64,000 nt of DNA from Nemertoderma westbladi (lineage: Eukaryota > Animalia > Xenacoelomorpha), in the NCBI GenBank assembly GCA_032718475.1, contig JAUCBJ010000001.1:1-64000 (forward strand), in the 5' to 3' direction. Below the pieces are notes generated by a model that was not told the DNA's origin, ran no database searches, and worked only from the letters and a program-made list of their open reading frames with translations. Below are positions 29,701-42,689 of this stretch, in pieces. Made by a program: the position numbers and the translations under genes. Position 1 is the stretch's first letter, and each line of letters begins with the position of its first letter.

Positions 29701-32700
29701 CAGTTTACTACTATTGGACAGTCCACTATTATCGGACAGTCAATTACTATCGGGCAGTCCATTATTATCGGACAGTCCACTATTATCGGACAGCACATTA
29801 CTAACGGACAGTCCATTATTATCGGACAGTCCACTACTATCGGACAGTCCACTACTATCGGATAGTCCACTACTATCGGACAGTTTACTATTATCGGACA
29901 GTCCACTATTATCGGACAGCACATTACTAACGGACAGTCCATTATTATCGGACAGTCCACTACTATCGGACAGTCCACTACTATCGGATAGTCCACTACT
30001 ATCGGACAGTCCATTATTATCGGATAGTCCACTACTATCGGATAGTCCACTACTATCGGATAGTCCACTACTATCGGATAGTCCACTACTATCGGATAGT
30101 CCACTACTATCGGATAGTCCACTACTATCGGATAGTCCACTACTATCGGATAGTCCACTACTATCCGACAGTTTACTACTATTGGACAGTCCACTATTAT
30201 CGGACAGTCAATTACTATCGGGCAGTCCATTATTATCGGACAGTCCACTATTATCGGACAGCACATTACTAACGGACAGTCCATTATTATCGGACAGTCC
30301 ACTACTATCGGACAGTCCACTACTATCGGATAGTCCACTACTATCGGACAGTTTACTATTATCGGACAGTCCACTATTATCGGACAGCACATTACTAACG
30401 GACAGTCCATTATTATCGGACAGTCCACTACTATCGGACAGTCCACTACTATCGGATAGTCCACTACTATCGGACAGTCCATTATTATCGGATAGTCCAC
30501 TACTATCGGATAGTCCACTACTATCGGATAGTCCACTACTATCGGATAGTCCACTACTATCGGATAGTCCACTACTATCGGACAGTCAATTACTATCGAT
30601 CAGTCCACTACTATCGGACAGTACATTATTATCGGACAGTCCATTACTATCGGACAGTCCATTATTATCGGACAGTCCACTACTATCGGATAGTCCACTA
30701 CTATCGGACAGTCCACTAATATCGGACAGTCCACTACTATCGGACAGTCCATTACTATCGGACAGTCAATTACTATCGATCAGTCCACTACTATCGGACA
30801 GTACATTATTATCGGACAGTCCATTACTATCGGACAGTCCACTACTATCGGACATTCAATTACTATCGATCAGTCCACTACTATCGGACAGTCCATTATT
30901 ATCGGACAGTCCACTACTATGGGATAGTCCACTACTATCGGACAGTCCATTACTATCGATCAGTCCACTACTATCGGACAGTCCATTACTATCCGACAGT
31001 TTACTACTATTGGACAGTCCACTTCTATCGGACAGTCCATTATTATCGGACAGTCCACTACTATCGGACAGTTTACTACTACTGGACAGACCACTGCCAT
31101 CGGACAGTCCACTAATATCGGACAGTCCACTACTATCCGACAGTTTACTACTATTGGACAGTCCACTGCTATCGGACAGTCCATTATTATCGGACAGTCA
31201 ATTACTATCGGATAGTCCACTACTATCGGATAGTCAATTACTATCGATCAGTCCACTACTATCGGACAGTCCATTACTATCCGACAGTTTACTACTATTG
31301 GACAGTCCACTTCTATCGGACAGTCCATTATTATCGGACAGTCCACTACTATCGGACAGTTTACTACTACTGGACAGACCACTGCCATCGGACAGTCCAC
31401 TACTATCGGACAGTCCATTACTATCCGACAGTTTACTACTATTGGACAGTCCACTTCTATCGGACAGTCCATTATTATCGGACAGTCCACTACTATCGGA
31501 CAGTTTACTACTACTGGACAGACCACTGCCATCGGACAGTCCACTACTATCGGACAGTCCATTACTATCGATCAGTCCACTACTATCGGACAGTCCATTA
31601 CTATCCGACAGTTTACTACTATTGGACAGTCCACTTCTATCGGACAGTCCATTATTATCGGACAGTCCACTACTATCGGACAGTTTACTACTACTGGACA
31701 GACCACTGCCATCGGACAGTCCACTAATATCGGACAGTCCACTACTATCCGACAGTTTACTACTATTGGACAGTCCACTGCTATCGGACAGTCCATTATT
31801 ATCGGGCAGTCCATTATTATCGGACAGTCCATTATTATCGGACAGTCCATTATTATCGGACAGTCCATTATTATCGGACAGTCCATTATTATCGGACAGT
31901 CCACTACTATCGGATAGTCCACTACTATCGGATAGTCCACTACTATCGGACAGTTTACTATTATCGGATAGTCCACTACTATCGGATAGTCCACTACTAT
32001 CGGATAGTCCACTACTATCGGACAGTCCATTATTATCGGATAGTCCACTACTATCGGATAGTCCACTACTATCGGATAGTCCACTACTATCGGATAGTCC
32101 ACTACTATCGGATAGTCCACTACTATCGGACAGTTTACTATTATCGGACAGTCCACTATTATCCGACAGTTTACTACTATTGGACAGTCCACTGCTATCG
32201 GACAGTCCATTATTATCGGACAGTCCACTACTATCGGATAGTCCACTACTATCGGACAGTTTACTATTATTGGACAGTGCACTGCTATCGGACAGTCCAT
32301 TATTATCGGACAATCCATTACTATCGGGCAGTCCATTATTATCGGACAGTCCACTATTATCGGACAGCACATTACTAACGGACAGTCCATTATTATCGGA
32401 CAGTCCACTTCTATCGGACAGTCCACTACTATCGGACAGTTTACTACTATTGGACAGTGCACTGCTATCGGACAGTCCATTATTATCGGACAGACCATTA
32501 CTACCGATCAGTCCACTACTATCGGACAGTTTACTATTATTGGACAGTGCACTGCTTCGGACAGTCCAATATTATCGGACAATCCATTACTATCGGGCAG
32601 TCCATTATTATCGGACAGTCCACTATTATCGGACAGCACATTACTAACGGACAGTCCATTATTATCGGACAGTCCACTTCTATCGGACAGTCCACTACTA

Positions 32701-35043
32701 TCGGACAGTTTACTATTATTGGACAGTGCACTGCTTCGGACAGTCCAATATTATCGGACAATCCATTACTATCGGGCAGTCCATTATTATCGGACAGCAC
32801 ATTACTAACGGACAGTCCATTATTATCGGATAGTCCACTACTATCGGATAGTCCACTACTATGGGATAGTCCACTACTATCGGATAGTCCACTACTATCG
32901 GATAGTCCACTACTATCGGATAGTCCACTACTATCGGACAGTCCACTACTATCGGATAGTCCACTACTATCGGATAGTCCACTACTATCGGATAGTCCAC
33001 TACTATCGGATAGTCCACTACTATCGGACAGTCCACTACTATCGGATAGTCCACTACTATCGGATAGTCCACTACTATCGGACAGTCCACTACTATCGGA
33101 TAGTCCACTACTATCGGATAGTCCACTACTATCGGATAGTCCACTACTATCGGACAGTCCACTACTATCGGATAGTCCACTACTATCGGATAGTCCACTA
33201 CTATCGGATAGTCCACTACTATCGGATAGTCCACTACTATCGGACAGTCCACTACTATCGGATAGTCCACTACTATCGGACAGTTTACTACTTTTGGACA
33301 GTGCACTACTATCGGACAGTCCATTATTATCGGACAGTCCATTATTATCGGACAGTCCACTACTATCGGACAGTCAATTACTATCGATCAGTCCACTACT
33401 ATGGGATAGTCCACTACTATCGGATAGTCCACTACTATCGGATAGTCCACTACTATCGGATAGTCCACTACTATCGGATAGTCCACTACTATCGGATAGT
33501 CCACTACTATCGGATAGTCCACTACTATCGATCAGTCCACTACTATGGGATAGTCCACTACTATCGGATAGTCCACTACTATCGGATAGTCCACTACTAT
33601 CGGATAGTCCACTACTATCGGACAGTCCACTACTATGGGATAGTCCACTACTATCGGATAGTCCACTACTATCGGATAGTCCACTACTATCGGATAGTCC
33701 ACTACTATCGGATAGTCCACTACTATCGGATAGTCCACTACTATCGGATAGTCCACTACTATCGGATAGTCCACTACTATCGATCAGTCCACTACTATGG
33801 GATAGTCCACTACTATCGGATAGTCCACTACTATCGGATAGTCCACTACTATCGGATAGTCCACTACTATCGGACAGTCCACTACTATGGGATAGTCCAC
33901 TACTATCGGATAGTCCATTATTATCGGATAGTCCACTACTATCGGATAGTCCACTACTATCGGATAGTCCACTACTATCGGATAGTCCACTACTATCGGA
34001 TAGTCCACTACTATCGATCAGTCCACTACTATGGGATAGTCCACTACTATCGGATAGTCCACTACTATCGGATAGTCCACTACTATCGGATAGTCCACTA
34101 CTATCGGATAGTCCACTACTATCGGATAGTCCACTACTATCGGATAGTCCACTACTATCGGACAGTCCACTACTATCGGATAGTCCACTACTATCGGACA
34201 GTTTACTACTTTTGGACAGTGCACTACTATCGGACAGTCCATTATTATCGGACAGTCCACTACTATCGGACAGTTAATTACTATCGATCAGTCCACTACT
34301 ATCGGACAGTCCACTACTATCGGACAGTCAATTACTATCGATCAGTCCACTACTATGGGATAGTCCACTACTATCGGATAGTCCATTATTATCGGATAGT
34401 CCACTACTATCGGATAGTCCACTACTATCGGATAGTCCACTACTATCGGACAGTTTACTACTTTTGGACAGTGCACTACTATCGGACAGTCCATTATTAT
34501 CGGACAGTCCACTACTATCGGACAGTACATTATTATCGGACAGTCCATTATTATCGGACAGTCCACTACTATCGGACAGTCAATTACTATCGATCAGTCC
34601 ACTACTATCGGATAGTCCACTACTATCGGACAGTCAATTACTATCGATCAGTCCACTACTATGGGATAGTCCACTACTATCGGATAGTCCACTATTATCG
34701 GACAGTCCATTATTATCGGACAGTCCACTGCTATCGGACAGTCCATTACTATCGGACAGTCCAATACTATCGGACAGTCAATTACTATCGATCAGTCCAC
34801 TACTATCGGACAGTCAATTACTATCGATCAGTCCACTACTTTCGGATAGTCCACTACTATCGGATAGTCCACTACTATCGGATAGTCCACTATTATCGGA
34901 TAGTCCACTACTATCGGATAGTCCACTACTATCGGACAGTCCACTATTATCGGACAGTCAATTACTATCGGATAGTCCACTACTATCGGATAGTCCACTA
35001 CTATCGGATAGTCCACTACTATCGGATAGTCCACTATTATCGG
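14722..35043. repeat. 20.3-kb tandem array of an 18-bp unit (~1,130 copies)
   Basis: Consensus TCGGA(C/T)AGTCCA(C/T)TA(C/T)TA is continuous throughout. It produces the SDSPLL, HYYRTV, IGQSII, DCPIVV and GLSDSS ORFs in the track. Confidence 0.99.
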
Positions 35044-37780
35044 TCAGTTGCATACACTATATCTAACAGCTCTCATCCTCCACTGACACTATTCTAGCTG
35101 GACACATGTGAGCACAGTTTATATTAGATATTACATTAGTACATAATTACTCTAACAGGACAATGTAGTTTCATTAAACACCACAATGTAAGTGCATTCG
35201 CAGGGGATAATAGCGGGATATCCCGCATCGAGGTTTACCCAGAACTTCTAATGAAAGGATTCCATTAGAATCAGAATTTTAAATAAGTTGGGTAAGCCAA
35301 AATCATTGCTATAAAACCAACGATCTTGGAGCCAGATTCACACTGGCAGGGATGATGACGTCAGAACTTATCAAACAACGATAATTCCCGCTTCCGCTAT
35401 CTTCACTTGTCAGCGATCGTGCTTTTAATCACAAATAAAAGTGTCTGACTGTAATAATGGATCAGTACCGATTTGAGCCTTGTTATTAGTTAATCGGTAT
35501 CTAGTAGGCCAATAATTATCGAGAGTAATAATTTTCACATAAAAAAAAGCGTATAGGATTTATTTTTATCTCAAGTAACAAGGATATCTTTTATGACCAA
35601 CATACTAACATAGAATTATTTCAAGGCATTGCTTGACATCAATAATTATTGACACAATGTGAAAGACAGGCGTAGACAGACATATCTGCATTGAGTGACA
35701 ATAATTGTTTGGTAAAGTTCGCCAATTAGTGTTGCACCCATCAGGGCCATCACTAAGTGTTGGAGGGCTGGGTGATACGTTATCTATTAATCCTGGGAGC
35801 TTAATGTAACAGGCTGTCGTCAAAAACTAAGCTGGGATGACAAACTGACTGGGCATTAATATTATAATATATTAGGGGGTAGATGGGACAAGGTTGATGA
35901 AGATTCACTCTGCTTCCCCTTCAGTTGATTAATTGGAAGGTCAAAGAATAGGTTTTTGTTTAATTTGTAAGGTCAGCTACTGTATTATCAGGAAAATCAG
36001 TTTGTTAGCATAGAAATACCAAATATACCTAGTAAGATGGAGTCAGTTGCATAATATACTTCCATCACTTCGGCGAATACATGCTTGAATAACCTTCAAG
36101 ACTCAGGACAACAACCGCACCAGCACCACCGCTGACAACGCAGCATGGAATCAAGGATAATATCAAACAATGTAATTACAAGTAAGGAGAGTTTTTCATT
36201 CATAATCCTCTCAGTAACAGTGTATATTACCAAGGGTTTTAGTAATTTTAAGAGTTATTTACTCACGGAGTAGATGTTTACCCGAGGCGAAGTCGAGGGC
36301 ATGCATCTGCATCTACTCCGAATAATAATAACAAAAATAATAACAAAAACCTCGATAAACGGGCAATATCTGCATTCTGCACTACATATACATATGCCTC
36401 CTACAGTTATGTTATGTTGTTACGGTATGATATTAATATCGCCAAAATAATCTGAAAGTAATCGACTGTTATTCTTTTATGTCGATCTTTTATGTTAATA
36501 TTCGAACTTTCGTCGCAATAAATATGCATCACTCTCCAGGGGAAATTCGACGCAAATAACAGCTGATTACTCCCAAAAATAAAACTGCAACCTGTTCCAT
36601 TGACTTCCGTTTATTGTTTTGGTTCCCCCCGCCTATTTCTGTAACCTGTTCCTCTCCCCACAACTATATGCTATAATATTGAAAGTTCGATAGTCTTATG
36701 ACTAAAATTTATGATCAGATATAGTAAGTAAGAAGATTAAGGGTCAGAAAAATTCAACAAATCAAGATAACAATAAATCTTTCAGCAATGACGTATGAAA
36801 AATGTGCGAAACACGACCACACACCCCCTACCCATCCAAGAAATATGATAACGCTGCTCTGCAACAATGACGAGGAAGCAATGCTGCAAATGTCACAAGC
36901 TTCAATGATCATCAATAGGTCAATCACCTGTCAATGATTTGATAAACACTAAGTACTAATATTGTGACAAGTATGTCCACATCACTTTATCACATTATAT
37001 AATCAGCTACACTGTAGTCCTACCTCATTGGCAAAAACCAGAGTGCATCGCCATCGCCCCATCACTTTTACGCACCACACACTGGATATTAATTTACTCA
37101 CTGACTCACTCACTGAATCCATTATTTGATACACATGGGGGGGGGGTGGTGTGTGAAAAGTAACAATTATAAAAACTAAGATAAAGTTTTCTTTGTGCCA
37201 TTTTGTCTAAGGATTACACACAAAGTCTGACAACTTATTTCCTGTGCGTGCCGCCAGAACTATACTCCCCAGAGCAGTTTCCTCAGGGGAGTATATTCTT
37301 TCCTCTTATTTATAATTTAACGACCATGGATATTAGTGCAAAGATGAAAGCAAGGCATAGATGAGCCATGGCTAGTCACTTTAAAGAATTTCTTGCAGAA
37401 ATTATAACAGCCCTGGACTCATGCGGCGCTAGAACCCACGACTACTGGAGCCAGAGATGGAATTACAAGGCAACTGATTAAACTACAAGCCAAGATGGCA
37501 CGAGTTGTACAGCAGGATGCATCATCAGAAAAGAGTTCATTCTGTGTAATGAAAGAAAGTCGTTCCGGTAACACAAAACATGAAATGCGAAAATTACGGA
37601 ATATCTGCGATCCGGTGCTGGAAGATGAGGTTCTCGCACCAGAATATCGCCGATGGCAACTACATCATATTGACCATTCTCGTGATTCAAAACCAATGTT
37701 GCACTGCTATGGGTTCATGTGAAACGCTGAATTGAGCATATTATTTTTTCTGTGAGCTCTATCTAAAATCGGCATACTAT

Positions 37781-38540
37781 GCCGGCTTGTCAACAAAAAT
37801 TGCGTCGCCTCAGCGCCCTTTATCTCATGACTCGCAAAACAAACCACATCTTAAAGGTCAGTGTCCTTTAGGAGGCGTCTCAAGAAATTCATGGGCTGAC
37901 CCACGTTCTCCATGAGGCCACCAAAGCACAAGATTGTGCAGTGGCTGGTCCTCAGGGTAAAGGCAGTATCCTTCAAAACGGAGGCGACTCCGTTGATGTG
38001 TCAAACTTAGTGGAACTTACGAGACACTTCGAATACTGTTTAGGGTGTCCTTCTCGTTAGACATTATAATTGACACAGTAAACCAGGCGTAGCATTCTTG
38101 TGTATGTGCCATCCAGAGATTTGTTGTCCTCAGGAGTTAGAGCCCAGCATTGACTCTAATAAAAGGAGTACTAGTTCTACTGCTGCTCTAAATAGTCTAC
38201 CCTTAAGATCGATTGTTGCCTTTCCCTTACGTATTCGAAGGTCTTCCTTCACCTGTCTCCCGGATCCATGATGCACATAGAAGTCATCCACATGCTCAAG
38301 CACACCATTCTTAGAGTTTATGCTCATACGATCGTACATTTCCTGAGGACTGTCTAAGTTAACTTTCAGGATTTGTATCTTCTTGAAGTTAACAAATAAA
38401 CCAAGACTAGAAGCAACATGCTCTAATGTTCTAATGAGCTGTGATTCTGGGGTACTCCCATCAGAAAGTCTAGATCAGTAATGTACTTAACTTGCTAGAT
38501 TTCCTCAACTTCTGGAGCAAGTATAGGGGATGTTACCAAC
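37781..38540 (-). mobile_element. RTE-like non-LTR retrotransposon fragment (RT C-terminus)
   Basis: Encodes LEHVDDFY...DLRIRKGKA...LKGRLFRAAVELVLL. The 3' part is the reverse complement of 690-992. Confidence 0.7.
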
Positions 38541-40804
38541 AACCCATCTGACCAATATACCAATATCATGGTCTAAGGGACAGATAACAGCCAGTTTTTT
38601 TTTTCAATAACACTTTAATTATCCTTTTATTCTGTGATTTCTAAGTCCGTTTGCTGCATATCCTTTACCTACATGATCCCGGAGAAGTGTTCGAATCTCA
38701 ATTTAATACATCTGAGGACCGTGAATTCTATTGATATAAAATGTGTCGGAAATCGATAAAATGTAACATCTTCTGTTTATTTACTCTAATGGACGATGCC
38801 GAAGCAAGACTTCCAATCTGAATTTCACCAGTTTTAACCTGTTCTGTGCTTCATGTGGAGCATTTGCATTTAATATATGCTACTCATTACAATTTAACTT
38901 CTCCATATTTTAATACGGCAGAATATGAAAATTGTTAAGTATCCGAGTGGATTCAGCCAGCGCCTGAACTACTTTCACAATACTGTTTTGCGACACAGGT
39001 TCAAATCCGAGAATAGGCTTTAAAAATTCCGCACTAGCCGTGTCCATAAGCATGTCTCCCAGCGTCATAGGTAACTACCAAAAGAGCAGAGCTTTCGGGG
39101 CGTCTCCAATGTTTTGTGATTCACACATTCACCGATAACAACTTACTTTTCTTATATATTAAAATTGGAGTTTGAACCTTTTTATTGGAAAAATGGTTCC
39201 GCGATAATTTTGGTTGTAATCCTATTTTCATAATCATTATCATTCCTCATAAAAAATAATACAGAATATTGTAGTTTGTCATTACGACCCTTTTTATCAA
39301 TCTCGTCAAAAGAATACTGCCTATGTGTAAATTGGTGTAGGGTACATCAATTTTAGTTCAATTTATAAATGTAGGCCTCTGGAATTAAACCTAGTTAGTT
39401 ACAATATATTCTGCACATGTAGAGCTGTCGATGCGACCATGCGTTGCGTAGGTGTTTATAACTTAGGAGTTCCTAACTGCACAAGCGTATAATATGTGAT
39501 TTAGGATGGGCGAATGAGCATAGCATTATGGGATGTTCAATTATATTACCCTTGGTCCTCTCTAGTTTACTAACCCATGGAATGGCTCAACTACTCAGTT
39601 CATCGTACCTCAGATAATAAGGTTATTAATAAATATATCATGATGGTTTTTAATAGCCGAAGGGTCGTTACAGCCTCACTCTGAATCACAATAATAGAGA
39701 TAGGCTTGATATAAATGGTATTATGCATGATGAGGTAAATATTTACTGATGAGTAACTGATGTATAATTATTATTATCCACCTGGAATATCGCTCAATAT
39801 CCTTGGTTGGCTGTTTCCTAGAATCGACCTGTATTTAACCGGAACCAGCCCATAATTCCAAGTTAAGCCGAGGGTGATGGGTCCTCGACAAACCTACTGC
39901 GACACCCATGTGGACTGGCAAACAGAGTTTGATATTTGCCTCGAGCCTCGTGGTATTTGTCTCTTGTTATGAAGAAACCCTAACACAACCATGTTAATGT
40001 TAATCACGCTGATGTCCAGGTCTCTGCGCCAGTGGCAATAACAATAGGAGAGTTACGGTGCCCCAGACGCCAGTTTTCTCCTCTGCTCAAGCAGCCTAGT
40101 TTCCATTACAGTTTTCGGTCAATACCCAGTTCCAGTATTACACGTTCGTGGGGCCTTCGCGCAGCACGAGAGCCTATATTAGAAAGTACATTATACTAAT
40201 CTCTATTAGATATACGAAAACTGTCTTTTCTAAAATATATGAGTGAAGGCGTTGCTATCAGTTTGTGATAAAATAGTTGTAAAAACTGAGATCCATTTCA
40301 GTTTGCCCTTACACACTTTAACTGTCATTTGTAAACCTTCTAACTAGGGTTATTTAAGTTAATATGACATTTTTAGTTTTACAATACTCTTCTCCTTCAT
40401 TAGCCTCGTTCCGCTCGTCCTGTTTTGTCTTAAAATAATTTCCCTAAACGGAGACTAACGACCTTTATAACTGTGCAAAGTCTCGAATCTGTGAGAGTAA
40501 CTGCCGATTTATGGCAGATGGATACTGTAAACTCGTTGCTTTCTTTCGTCTGACTAAACTTGAGATTCTTTCTAAACTTTTGGCGGACTACATACGTACC
40601 AAGTTTCGTTTAATTTCATCAAGGAATAACCGAGTTATTAGCAATAAAAAATTTACGACGACAGACGACGACAGACAACTCGTTAATGGTATCCATATGC
40701 TAAGGCTTCGCTCACTTCGTGGCTTGCCCCACATGTGAGTCCTACGCTTGTCATATACTGATGATGACATGACCCGCTGTGAGGTAAGAGATATACCTAC
40801 CTAC

Positions 40805-41330
40805 CTTGCAGCTGCTGCAGATTCTACTCAAAAAGTAACTTTTGTAAAACCTCAGAAGAAAGTTAAAATTCCCATGGTAAGTACATTCTGGATCTAAAGA
40901 GAAACTTATTGAAGGCCCAGATTATTATCCAATCCTGATGCAGAAATACTGCGAAATGACAATCTGAAGATTCCATGAGAGCAGAGCCCTTGAAAAGCAG
41001 TACTCTGACAAACAAAACAGGCATAATTAATCAATGATTAGGTGAATGCTATGAAAGCAGCAGGTAAAATAGGAAATCCTCTGAAGCATAACATTCTATA
41101 AACCTGCTCTCTGTACGAAACAACCGTAAAACTGTCAAGGCCAAGATTGTGGTGACGGTGACGGTGCTGACAGATGAAATCATTGCACACCCTGTTACAG
41201 GTGCGCTATACTCTCTGACATCCCTATTGGTGATATAACACTAGCTGATGATGTTAAGATTGAGCAATTGACATCAAATCAATAGGGCATATGAAATTGA
41301 TGGAGAACAACCTGAGAAAGATCATTAACC
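40805..41330 (+). mobile_element. possible degenerate LINE (RTE-like) internal fragment
   Basis: A-rich, coding-like sequence with broken motifs (KPQKKVKIPW, RAYEIDGEQPE). Confidence 0.35.
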
Positions 41331-41747
41331 ATTCAAGAGAAAGCAATGCGAGACGAGAATGCCTATGCTCGCATATATTATTCATTTGGAACAAACGACT
41401 CAGAACTCTTCTGTATGTAGGTAGGTTGTAGGTAGGCCTCTGTACAGAATAACATAATATGTAATGCTACTATAATGCTGCTGTAAACAACTTTTAAATT
41501 GTAATGATATTTACTAATACTGTGTTCGTTACTACGGTACTACGGTATTGGGCAATGTTCACAAATATTTTCCCTCGATAGTATTTCGATATTATTTGCA
41601 TATTGATTATATGCTTATTACTCCCAAATTAATCTAGATAATTCAATAAAATTGTAATAGGACTTACTATTAGATCTATATTAAAGTAGCGACAGCTGTA
41701 TTAGTACAGGCTGCGGCTGGAGCTGTAAATGGGTGGGCCTTACTCAC

Positions 41748-41924
41748 AAGTATATGTCGACGATTCGTTTCCTGTCTCAGGGTCGTTACCAACGCTCGTC
41801 CATTATGACTATCCGGGGATAATACGATCGCTTTGCGCCAGTGAAGCGTCTCAAGGAGGTCGGCCCATACCACGGCCTGGTGTGAGAATGGAGGCACAGT
41901 TCGTAAAAAAGTTGGGTGAATATT
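41748..41924 (-). CDS. GRIN1: GluN1 coding exon 3 (177 bp)
   Basis: Acceptor TTCACAG|AAT, donor CTT|GTGAGT. Encodes NIHPTFLRTVPPFSHQAVVWADLLETLHWRKAIVLSPDSHNGRALV..., matching the GluN1 SIHLSFLRTVPPYSHQ motif. Confidence 0.95.
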
Positions 41925-42558
41925 CTGTGAAGTATAATAAGCAAGAAAAGCTGATGAAATGTGACTTTCTGGGTGGAAATGTTTAATCATTAAACAGCAA
42001 GTATACCCACGGCAGGCATACAATACTTCTGATGATAACTACAACCTTGACTAATGTAAAACGCATACATAATGAATATGATACAACAAACAGTACGCAT
42101 AGAATGTGATGTACAGTACGTTACTGCAAACGTACTGTAAATGGCACTGCAGTCAGGGTTTTATCGACCTTCTTCGAGTTATGAGTATTTTTCTATTACA
42201 GATCATGTAAAAGTTTGTTTGTTTTTTGTTTGACTACCTTATTAAACAGTTTATACATTATCAATATGTATAATTTTATAAGACTTCAAATGACGCATCC
42301 CGTTTGATCCGTAAATTAAATTAATGGTTTATGGCATGCGTAAGACGCACACCATGTCACATTATTCAGCCAGGTGGTCTCACTTATTTAACGACCTGTA
42401 TGCACACGTTGCTTCGTCACGTTGTTTATATCCCCTACGTAATTCATATAATTACCTGACGAACTTACAGTATTTCCACTCAAATGCATCAGTTTAAATA
42501 GCAAAGATTGAGTTACAGTACTGCAAGGAAGTACTTATGTACCGGTATAATACCTAAC

Positions 42559-42689
42559 CTTATCAGAAAAGATGCTGTCTCTTGTGGTTAAACCAATTAC
42601 AGGTATATGGTAGAAACCGCATGTGTAGCTCACTGATATAGGTGGATTGTTATCTTCCTGGGCGTGGGATACAAGCATTGCATATACAC
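42559..42689 (-). CDS. GRIN1: GluN1 coding exon 2 (131 bp)
   Basis: Acceptor TTTCAG|GT, donor AAG|GTTAGG. Encodes [43 protein letters not shown], matching GluN1 VYAILVSH...[28 protein letters not shown]. Confidence 0.95.

Noticed and set aside
14682-35034. Minus-strand GLSDSS/GLSDNN ORFs as a DSPP-like biomineralisation protein or a GRIN1 exon
   Set aside because: The frame is repeatedly closed by TGA wherever the CAATTA variant occurs, and no suitable donor was seen at its end.
14720-35097. DCPIVV, HYYRTV and IGQSII giant ORFs as genes
   Set aside because: They are expected by-products of an 18-bp unit with no stop in those frames. Common variants are non-synonymous or create stops in them.
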